A stretch of DNA of 64,000 bases from positions 3,348,001 to 3,412,000 of the forward strand of contig OX337234.1 in the NCBI GenBank assembly GCA_946965045.2. The letters run 5' to 3'. Made by a program: the position numbers and the translations under genes. The notes beneath the pieces were generated by a model. It ran no database searches, was not told where the DNA came from, and worked only from the letters and a program-made list of their open reading frames with translations. The stretch comes from Epithemia pelagica. Lineage: Eukaryota; Protista; Bacillariophyta. Positions within the stretch are counted from its first letter, which is position 1, and every line of letters starts with the position of its first letter. This document shows positions 44,200 through 53,900 of the stretch, piece after piece.

Positions 44200-45134
44200 C
44201 ACCCGGGGAGTTGGATATCGAACGACTCTGGAGGACCATTTTGAAATTGGAGGCAAGATGTACCCCTTGCCTTGCAATCCAGACGAATTGAATCATCAAT
44301 TGAAGGAACTGATTCGATCCTCCAAGGTGACCAAACCAAAAGATATTGCTCGCATTCTCTACTTATTTGACGTTTTGATTCAGAAGAAGCGGCCATGACA
44401 GCATTGATTGCTGATATTCCGTTGGTTTGGTTGGAATCATCACAAACTCCGGGTCCAACAACCCACAAACGTTGTTCTCGTGTTGCATCATTCATCGGGA
44501 AAACGCCGACACCTGCACGCCAGTTGAGGTGCTGGTTTCCAGCTGGCTGTGGTTGTCCTGTGTGCATCCCTCTCGCCGTCTTTCGTGGTGGCTGCATTTC
44601 ATGTTCCCCTTGTGCGGCAGCCCGAGTCTAGTCGAGGACGATACACCATCTATTAAATGACAAGGAATGCACAGGGCAAACATTCCGAATTCGATATAAC
44701 TCGTTCTACCAAGCTCCCTGTTTGGCAGGGCCCTATGGACATATGTTTGTACGAGAATGCCCTGTGGAGAGAATGGAAGAGGTAACGAAACACCGAGCTA
44801 TGCGACAAGAAATAGAATACAATCCATACTACAATACTACATTGGTTCTGCTTGGTTCGATAGTGATTGCATTCGGTTCGATCGTGACTGCGTCGTGCGG
44901 GCGGTAGCAAACCTAATAGGTAGTAGTGCGCTGATTGTAGCCCCGGCTGCTCTCCCGTTGGTCGATTTTGGTCCCATCCTCCTCGTGGAGTTCCGGTGGA
45001 CTCTTGTTGGCATTCTTTGGTGGTTGTCAGAAAAAGAGGATGAGTGGGGTTGCAATTTGCAAAATGTGAGAGCGGTAGATTATTTTGTGTCGGCAGCAGA
45101 AGGACACACGCTATCGCCAGCCATGCCATGCCGA
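44200..45134 (+). repeat. Diverged direct repeat, copy 2 (~935 bp)
   Basis: Begins with a headless copy of the HET C-terminus (...FDVLIQKKRP*). Has a 37-bp deletion relative to copy 1. Confidence 0.9.
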
Positions 45135-45353
45135 TTATTCGCGAGCATGGCGATCTCTTGGTTTTTAAACTCGTGTGACAGTTTAAGGTGGCTGGCGTAC
45201 CAAATCTGGCAGGGCCTGGGAGCGGTCATTATTATTTTTTCCTCGATGGGCTTCTTCGTTGGGGCGGAACACGCAACGACCATGACGGATGACGGCAGCT
45301 ACAGACCGTGTAGGTATCAAGAAGAGTGTATCAAAAGATTGTTGCTGCGGTAG
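44722..45353 (+). pseudogene. Frameshifted relic of a multi-pass membrane protein ORF
   Basis: ORFs 44722..44907 and 44757..45353 would join if the 37-bp segment present in copy 1 were restored. Several hydrophobic stretches. Confidence 0.4.
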
Positions 45354-45474
45354 AACGAGACCAGCGCATCTGCTCTCTGGTTGTGAAAGAGAAGAAGCGA
45401 ACCAGAACAAAGTGACTGTGGAATAGTGGCGTAACGAAGAAAACAGTTTATACCGCCACCGTAATAACAACAGG

Positions 45475-47754
45475 ATGACACAACGACACACTTCTTGTCG
45501 TCGTGCCACCAGCAGCAGATATCGACCACCATCCTGTGACATTGGCGGTTCGAGAAGGAGTAGGCATGCCAACCGATTGGCACTGGTGGTCCTGGTCGGA
45601 ACAGCTCTCGTGGTGTGGCAGTGCCATCAGCTCTGGTCCCTGTCGACCCTGGTACTGTTCTCATCACCCACTGCAGGTTTGTCGTCTGGGTTGTCGTCAT
45701 GGTCGTTTTTGTTGGACGCCGAGAATACCACTACTCCCAAAATGGATGCAACACCACAGTCACCACCGCGACTACGACACAGAGAAGAACAAGGAGAAGT
45801 AGTACGGAACTCAATCAACCCAAAGAACCACGACGACGAATTAAAGGTTCCGCCCTTGTCGTCCAGAAAGGGGCGCTCCTCTGTTTCTGCTTCTTCTTCT
45901 TCTACTCGTCTCCCCAACGACGACAAGGACACGATTCACGCCACAACACTGCCCGTGGCACACTGCTTTTATCGGGAGTATCCCATTCCTCCCCCTGCTT
46001 CCAAGACAACAACGTCGTCCGAATTTTTGCCCCTCTTGGCCGAAGTCTTTGCCTCGCCGGATCGTACAAACGTCTTGTTGGTGGCGGAAAGTCATGAAAA
46101 TTGTCATGCTCACGATCGATACAATTCCCTTCACTTGTTTAGTCGTTACATTCCTGCGGCGGCAGCGGCTGCCTTTGTGCATGCCACCTGGAACACCAAG
46201 CAACACGTGGACTGTGTCTTTGAAGTGGATGGATCACGAACCCCGTCCTGGCCCTTGCGATCCAAGGATCCCACGTGGTGGCGGACGCGTCGCATGCCCT
46301 ACATTTTGATCACCTGTCCCATTCCTCGTCATTTGCAATCCATGGTGCCTCGTCCGGGTGCAACGCAGACTCAATTCTTTGTCTCGTTACATCCACACAT
46401 TCGTCAGGATGCCTCCCAACAGGAGGAGGAGAATGCCGCAAAACAACAAACACAAGAACCATACACCACCAGAACAACGACCAAGCATTTTACAAGAACA
46501 ATCCTGCAAGATCCTGTATTGATTCGGACCAACCAAACAACAACAACAACAACGAATCATCCTGATGATGGTGGGACCCTGCCTCGCATTGCGCACATTC
46601 CCATTTGTTCCCATGCCTGGCCGACGACGGATACTTGGAATAATAGCAAAAGTGACATCAATACGACATTACTAGCACTCCGAAACCAGTCATGGACATT
46701 GAATCAATCACTCCGTCCGAATGGCCACGACAACAACAAGAAGCAAAAGAATGACCAACTCACTCCCCCGACTACTCGTGGTCGACCCAAATACCGTGTT
46801 TCGCTCATGACTCGCGTCTCGTTGTTGTACAATCGGAGCGAGGATGGACAACCCTTGTTTATTCATCCCTTGGATATTGTGGCCTGGTTGGAATATCATG
46901 TCCGTCTGTCCCTCATGGACCATGTCTATCTCTACGATGACACGACCATCCATAATGCCACGACGAATCGTTGGATTCGACACTTGTGTCAACCCTATAT
47001 CGAAGCGGGACTGCTCACCTATATTCACTATCCCAAGAGTGACGTGACGTGCAACGTGGGGAAACGCCACTTTTTTACGGCCCAACACATTGCCTTGAAT
47101 GCCGCCCTGAGACGGTACGAATCCGAAACGGAATGGATGGGACATTGGGATGTCGATGAATTTCTCGTCTTGCCGACCCACCACCAGACTCTGGTCGCAA
47201 ATCGTACTACTACTACTACTACTACTACTACGAATACTTCTGTTGAGACAGCACTGTGGGAGGAATGGTTTGGATCCAACCGATACGATGAAATTTTGTT
47301 CCCTCGATATTCGTTTGGTCCCTGCAACAACAACCACAACCACAGTGGCAGCAAGGAAGCCGACCATGAGAATCCTCCTGCGTTCGCCTTGAGTATGGAT
47401 ACCAAATCCTTGTGCTATCTGCCAGGTCAAGTCCAAAATACCAAGGGTTTGTTTCGGACCCAATCGGTCCATTACGTCTTTGTCCATCATGCCTGGTCGC
47501 TTCAAGAGGACACGAGTCGTCGTGCCTCGTCTTCCCGGAGGATTGCCACGCACCGCGTCAATACCACCCAGACCGGAGTTTTGATGGCTCATTTGCGAGA
47601 CGGAACCGCCGCCGGCACTTACTTTCCGGAACCCTCCGACGCCTATTTTCCAAATGCCGTTCGAACTGAATTGAAGAAACACATGAGGGAGCGGTTTGTC
47701 AACCATATCACCACATGGAATCGGCTAGTGCACTGGACACCCACCACAACCTAG
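45475..47754 (+). CDS. Glycosyltransferase family 92 (DUF23)-like type II membrane protein, 759 aa
   Basis: N-terminal TM, IVAWLEYHVRL..DHVYLYDD, Q..ALN..LRRY, and EWMGHWDVDEFL (DxD motif). Confidence 0.82.
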   Translation: MTQRHTSCRRATSSRYRPPSCDIGGSRRSRHANRLALVVLVGTALVVWQCHQLWSLSTLVLFSSPTAGLSSGLSSWSFLLDAENTTTPKMDATPQSPPRLRHREEQGEVVRNSINPKNHDDELKVPPLSSRKGRSSVSASSSSTRLPNDDKDTIHATTLPVAHCFYREYPIPPPASKTTTSSEFLPLLAEVFASPDRTNVLLVAESHENCHAHDRYNSLHLFSRYIPAAAAAAFVHATWNTKQHVDCVFEVDGSRTPSWPLRSKDPTWWRTRRMPYILITCPIPRHLQSMVPRPGATQTQFFVSLHPHIRQDASQQEEENAAKQQTQEPYTTRTTTKHFTRTILQDPVLIRTNQTTTTTTNHPDDGGTLPRIAHIPICSHAWPTTDTWNNSKSDINTTLLALRNQSWTLNQSLRPNGHDNNKKQKNDQLTPPTTRGRPKYRVSLMTRVSLLYNRSEDGQPLFIHPLDIVAWLEYHVRLSLMDHVYLYDDTTIHNATTNRWIRHLCQPYIEAGLLTYIHYPKSDVTCNVGKRHFFTAQHIALNAALRRYESETEWMGHWDVDEFLVLPTHHQTLVANRTTTTTTTTTNTSVETALWEEWFGSNRYDEILFPRYSFGPCNNNHNHSGSKEADHENPPAFALSMDTKSLCYLPGQVQNTKGLFRTQSVHYVFVHHAWSLQEDTSRRASSSRRIATHRVNTTQTGVLMAHLRDGTAAGTYFPEPSDAYFPNAVRTELKKHMRERFVNHITTWNRLVHWTPTTT

Positions 47755-48014
47755 TATCATCGGGAGGAGTACGACCATTGCTGACCCGCACGAACCGTTT
47801 CCGCCCGTGTCTCTCCAAACAACGCAACACAATACAGGATTGACTGACTGATTGACTGACTGGACTGCGTGGTCTCTGCTGCGACAAGGGAACATGACAG
47901 GAACAGTTGCGGTAATGGCACACAGACAACGTTTTTTTGTGGAACGAGTCTTCTCCTCGAAACAGAGACAGGCAAGACGGGATTTCTCTCTCGATCTCTG
48001 CCACAACCTATCTA

Positions 48015-48104
48015 TACGCATATGTTGTATGGTTCTCGGAGAAAAAACCGACTGGGAATGGAACATGTCAAACAAACACTCCAAAACAGAACGAGGAGAA
48101 GAGG
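48015..48104 (+). repeat. ~90-bp inverted repeat, left arm
   Basis: Reverse complement of 49221-49310 with about a dozen mismatches by eye. Shares the exact core CAAACAAACACTCCAAAACAGAAC. Confidence 0.85.
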
Positions 48105-48333
48105 TGAGTGGAAACCACATGGTTTGGAATATGACATGGATCTAGAATGACGAAGCCGACCCAACGGCGACCATATATCTCTGGGCTGCCACCAAAATGT
48201 CCTTTCGGTACTATAGCTAGCAATAGTTGTGGGACCAACAGTAGATTTAGTGTTTGTGCTTTTCAATCATCTTTCTCCTCAAAACCCGAGTACTTTATGC
48301 TGCTTCATCCTTTTGTGTAACAGATTCGGCACT

Positions 48334-49158
48334 ATGAGTGATTTGCAGGTAAGGTTAGACGAATTTGATCGTGCTCTTATCCGTGGGATGGAGTCGTTGA
48401 TTGAGGAGTATCCTGAATTCTTCAAAGAAATTGCCAAAGCGTTTCCGTCGACGGGTCATGGCAAGATCGTGGAATATGCTCTCAAAGCAAAATATACCGA
48501 GCTGAAACAAAACCTCAATCCCGAGAATGCGAGTTTGAGGATTGACATTACGATATTCGCAATGACTGGAATGGAGCTAGCTACGTACAGTATTGACTAC
48601 AAGATGCTCCTCATCTTTTTCTTTGCCGGAGCGGATCCCGAGAAACGTGTGTTTGACGGCTACGTGCATACCCCCGCTTCTTTTTATGAAATAGAAGATC
48701 CCATCACCTTTCCTTCTGTTCGAGCCGTATATGACCAAGAAGAACAAGATGACTACGAAGGAGAAACGACCACTGGATTTGAATTCCTGCAACTGATTTA
48801 CCAAGATTCGATTGTAAGGCCTGGTAAGGACGCACAGAAACTAGTGGCGTCTCTCTGGTTACTCGAGAAGCTGCACACGGGCCAAGTGGCACTGGATGCT
48901 GACACGGTTCGCAAGGCCCGCCGTTACATTCATCTGATTCATCCGAGTTTTGACTGGGATACCGAATATGTGGCCAAACGAAAAGTGTTGGAGGATTCCC
49001 TTGTTCAACTAGAGGCATCTCACAAAGAACTTCCGGACTCTGTATTCCGGCATGTTGCTGGCTTTGCGCAGCCCATGAAGGATCATTTGTTGCGTACCAT
49101 TCGTGCCGCTCTGGAAGAGGCCGTGGACATGATTGAATCAGAGGAGGAAACCGAGTAA
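48334..49158 (+). CDS. Hypothetical acidic protein, 274 aa (paralog 1)
   Basis: Open frame conserved with the 49465-50316 copy, e.g. the identical run YKMLLIFFFAGADPEKRVFDGY. Confidence 0.75.
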   Translation: MSDLQVRLDEFDRALIRGMESLIEEYPEFFKEIAKAFPSTGHGKIVEYALKAKYTELKQNLNPENASLRIDITIFAMTGMELATYSIDYKMLLIFFFAGADPEKRVFDGYVHTPASFYEIEDPITFPSVRAVYDQEEQDDYEGETTTGFEFLQLIYQDSIVRPGKDAQKLVASLWLLEKLHTGQVALDADTVRKARRYIHLIHPSFDWDTEYVAKRKVLEDSLVQLEASHKELPDSVFRHVAGFAQPMKDHLLRTIRAALEEAVDMIESEEETE

Positions 49159-49220
49159 TTTCAATCCTATGATCAGTGTGAATGCGCGGCCCAGAATAGT
49201 ATGGACTTGATCACTTGTAC

Positions 49221-49310
49221 GTTCTTCTCCCTGTTCTGTTTTGGAGTGTTTGTTTGCCACGTTCCATCCCCAGGCGCTTTTTCCTACGAGAACCATAATA
49301 CATACGCGTA
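49221..49310 (-). repeat. ~90-bp inverted repeat, right arm
   Basis: Pairs with 48015-48104. Confidence 0.85.
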
Positions 49311-49464
49311 AGAAACCCTCTCAACGAACAGTCATGACATTAGTTTGAAATTATTAGAGTACCTCTCGTTACACTGGAATGATACGATGGGTAATAGATA
49401 CGGTGAAGCCGACATAAATCATACTACTCTTGACCGCGCATTAACGCATATCGTAGGATTGAAA

Positions 49465-50316
49465 TTACTCCGTTTCCTCCTCTGTTTCAATTATGTCCAC
49501 GGCCTCTTGAAGAGCGGCGCGAATGGTACGCAACAAATGATCCTTCATGGGCTGCGCAAAGCCAGCCACATGTCGGACTACAGCACCTGGAAGTTCTTTG
49601 TGAGACGCCTCTAGTTGAACCAGGGAATCCTCCAACTCGTTTCGTTTGGCCACATATTCGGTATCCCAGTCAAAACTCGGATGGACCAAATGAATGTGAT
49701 CACGGGCTAGGTGAGCCGTGTCCTCATCCAGTGCGACTTGGCCCTTGTGTAGCTTGTCCAGTAACCAGAGCGACGCCGCTAGTTTCTGTGCGTCCACACC
49801 CGGCTCTCCATCGGAATCCTCAATCGAATCTTGGTAAATCAGTTTCAGGAATTCAAATCCAGTGGTCGTTTCCCCTTCGTAGTCTTCTTCTTGTTGTTCT
49901 TGGTCGTAGACGGCTCGAACCAAAGGAAAGGTAATGGGATCCTCGTAGCCATGAAACGAAGCCTGGGTCTGCATATAGCCGTCAAACACTCGTTTCTCGG
50001 GATCCGCTCCGGCAAAGAAAAAAATGAGCAGCATTTTGTAATCGATAGTGTGTGTAGCTAGCTCCATTCCCGTCATGGCGAAACTAATATTTTCAATCAT
50101 CAAACTCGCATTCTTGGGATTCAGGCTTTGTTTCAGCTCGGTATACTTGGATTCGCGAGCATATTGCACAATCTTGTCATCCAGTTTGGTCGACGAAAAC
50201 GCAGTGGCAAATTCATCAAAGAAACTAGGATTCTCCGCCATCATCGAAATCATCCCACGGATAAGAGCACCATCTGTGTATTCCTGATTGTCTTCGTCTC
50301 CCTGCATATCATTCAT
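49465..50316 (-). CDS. Hypothetical acidic protein, 283 aa (paralog 2, convergent)
   Basis: Inverted paralog of 48334-49158. Upstream regions are also homologous (about 48190-48330 vs 50320-50480). Confidence 0.75.
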   Translation of the reverse strand: MNDMQGDEDNQEYTDGALIRGMISMMAENPSFFDEFATAFSSTKLDDKIVQYARESKYTELKQSLNPKNASLMIENISFAMTGMELATHTIDYKMLLIFFFAGADPEKRVFDGYMQTQASFHGYEDPITFPLVRAVYDQEQQEEDYEGETTTGFEFLKLIYQDSIEDSDGEPGVDAQKLAASLWLLDKLHKGQVALDEDTAHLARDHIHLVHPSFDWDTEYVAKRNELEDSLVQLEASHKELPGAVVRHVAGFAQPMKDHLLRTIRAALQEAVDIIETEEETE

Positions 50317-50784
50317 GGTGTTGAATCTGTTCCACAAGAGGATGATTGTGACAATCAAGGAGCAGCCTAGCGTACCCTGTTGGCTGGGGTTTTGAGGAGA
50401 AACACTAGATAAAGCAAAAATACTCGGTCCCACAACTATTGCTACCAAGAGTAGCTATTGTACCGAAAGGATAGATATCTATTGGTGGGGCGTTGGTGGG
50501 GTAGTTGGACTTGTCACTCCTTCAAAATGAACTCTCAGGCGTTTTAATCGGTAATTTGCACGCGAGGAATTTATGTGTTCTTTGTATATGATAAACATGC
50601 AGTTTTAAAGCGACCTACATGAGAACTCAAATCGCCGGGGATTGATTTGAAACGCGAAGCCGCACCACCCAAAGATCCTTTCGATTTCGCGTGGTTCAAT
50701 CTTTTGCACTCTCCGTGTTTGGAGGAAATGCTGTGTTCGATTCTCGATTCGAGTCTCTCTTCTTCTTCGGTCCGTGCTGTAAAG

Positions 50785-50785
<1 letters not shown>

Positions 50786-50819
<34 letters not shown>
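50786..50819. repeat. (CT)17 microsatellite upstream of the giant gene
   Basis: Directly visible. Confidence 0.95.
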
Positions 50820-50823
<4 letters not shown>

Positions 50824-50966
50824 GTCCCTCTCATCATCATCTGTTTCTCTGGCCCAGAACAAAAGAGCGTTTCCAAGCCGGTCTCTGTTTTGATTTGGCA
50901 TAGTGAGAGACAATTCCACTCCTCTGTTGTTGCTCTTTGTGAATCCGTTGGAATTGAATCCCAACC

Positions 50967-53900
50967 ATGGAAGAGGACGACGACAATACTGAATCCTCGT
51001 CGCCACCACCACCACCACCACCACCACTGTCTCTACCAGAGACCAAGGACCTCGGAGATCCGCAGGAGAAGGAAAAAGAGCACCAGCCGCCACCACCACC
51101 ACCCGGCGAGGATTCTCCTCCTCCTCCTCTTCCACCACCTCCACCAGCCTCGGGTTCCTCGACACCAGCACCAGCAGAAGCAGCTCGGCAAAAAGACAAG
51201 GAAGACGACGAACCAGATGCAGCAACTGTCACACTCTTGACCACACCCAAAAATGAGGCCGAAAGAGAATCTTCTTCTTTGTTTACTCCAACGGACGCGT
51301 CGTTGCGCATGTTTCCCAGTGCCACCACCGAAGCCTTTTTATTAGAGGCATCCTCGTCATCTCCACCAGCAACCACTCTTGCCGAAGGAACCACGGAAGC
51401 AATGACTCCTGCCCAAGCACCACTCGGCACCAGCACCATGGCACCGTCCCCATGGTTGTATGCAGGAGGGGACGGACGCTTGCGATTTCTGGAACACTTG
51501 CAACACCAAGAACAAGAACCTTCGTTTTCCACGTATACATCGAATGAACACGACGACGACGACGAGAATCCGAATGAATCCTTGGAATCCGTTCGACACG
51601 AAACTAAAGAGGAACCAGAACCACAACAACAACAACAAGAAGAACAACAACAAGAACCACCACAACAACACCCAATGGAACCCGAAACATTAGACAGCAA
51701 TGACAAGGAGGAGGAGGACAGCATGCAGCCTCCTTCTCCTCCCGAGCATTCGAGCGACGATAATAGTGGAGACTCTACTCCAAAGGAGGATACTACTCAT
51801 GACGAACACAACGACAACGACGACAAGGACAAGGACATGGCACCAAACGACGACGAACCGTCTCGGCCCATCAACCACCAGGAGTCTCCTCCCTTGCCAA
51901 ACTTGTGGGTGGCCACCTCACCGGTACCCTCACCCGTCCTTGTGGCCCGTCGTTGTCCCACCACAACAACCACAACCACACCGGAATTATTGGATGGGAC
52001 CCAACCCATGTCGCCACCAGCACCATCATCCCTGTCAACGTCTGCTGTGCCAGTCCTGGTCCAGGAAGAAGACGAGGAGGAGAACACAAATGGAGAGGCA
52101 GTACCGACCCAACAACCACAACAACAAGAAACGATGGCTATGGAGCCACCCGGTTCAACGGAATCGGTTCCACCACCACCACAAGCACAAACTCGAGAGG
52201 AAGAGCCTCGCACTACGACTAGTGCTACCGACAGTATTTGCACCGTTTTGGAAGAACGATTGCAACAACAAGTCGAACCAATTCAAGAGAAGGACGACCA
52301 CAAGGCCAACATGTCCGACGACGAGGAGGCACTTGTGGGTGGTGATCCAAACGAAAACAAAAACGAAACAGACAACAACAAGAACCAGGATGACAAGGAT
52401 GGACTCGACCATGATCCTACCATGGAGGAACCAAAACCAATACGAAAAGAAGAAGAAGAAGAGGCCGATCCATTCTCATCCTCATCATCACCCCAGATGG
52501 AATTCGCAGACAACAACGACAACAGCCAAAACCCAGACGGCAACGACCAGCCGCAGCAGGGGGACCATTCCAAGGACAAGAAACGCACCGAACGAGACGA
52601 CGCATCCTCCGTATTGCTAGAACCATCACCCATACGAATCAGCAACTTGGATACTCCTCCTCCTCCTCCACGTCAGAACCACGAAAACGACGACAAGGGG
52701 GATGATCCGGAGAACCAACAGGACGTGGACGACCAGAAAAAGGAGGACGACGACAACGACAAGAGTGTAGTCATTCCAGAGAAACCCCTCGTATTGGATG
52801 ACTCGCGGCGGCATATGGTCGATGTGGGTGAGAACGTGCACGACACCATTGTGAATCCCCCCATGGAAAACAACGACAGCAACGACGACGACGATGACCA
52901 GTCTCTCAATGGCAAACAAGGTACAAACAAGGAGGAGGTTGACAACCAAGAAGTCGACACGCCATTCTTGGAACAGGAGGAGGATGAGAACGACGACGAC
53001 GACAAGAAGAACCACCCATTATTCGAGGAACCGGTCGCAACTGCCGTCCTGGATCCAAACGAGGAGACAAAACAGGTCGATGGTTTGGACACTGAAGTGG
53101 AAGAAAAGAGCGGCAACGAGATAAAAGAGGACGAGACGAAAGTCCAAGCTGAGAACCAAACGGACATACCAACAGTACCAGAAGCAGGTGAGGTTGGTGT
53201 CGACGTGGCTGCTTCCATGGAGGACGAGGAGATTGAAGAAAGAGAGACAAAGGCAGCACGAATAGAGGGTGGCGACAACACTGAGGATACAATGGCCATG
53301 GCAATCGATACTGTCATCGTGGTGGATGAAGCTCCGGGCGAGGACCCAAATCCGAACCAGACAGTTCCGGTTGGAAACGAAACCAACAATCGGCAAGAAA
53401 TGGAGGCAATGATGGAAGAAGAGGGTCCACACCAATCCGAGGAAATCATGGGCATTGTCCTAGAAGACCAAGTCCTCGTTACAAACAGTGATCAAATGCT
53501 TGTCGATACAACCATGGAACAGCCGGAGGACAGGGACCAAATCAATGTTTCCGCTCTCACTGCTCACGACAACGACGACAATCACCACCAGGACACCATT
53601 GTCGTTGATTCGACCATGGACGAGGTACTAATCGCACCGACGACTGTCGACGCCCCCATGGATGTTTCACCTGTCAATGCCCAAAATCAGGTCATCCCAC
53701 CGAAGACCACCGACACCCCCATGGATGTTTTACCTGGCAATACCCAGGATCAGGTCGTTGTTCCTGTGACGGACGACAACAACCAAGCCGAATCACCAGT
53801 TTTACCAAACACTATATCGCCACCTGCTCCTCCAAAAGGAACCGAGCGAGAAAGGCCGGTCTCTCGGCCACAGCAATCCTTACCCAAAGAGGAGGATCAG

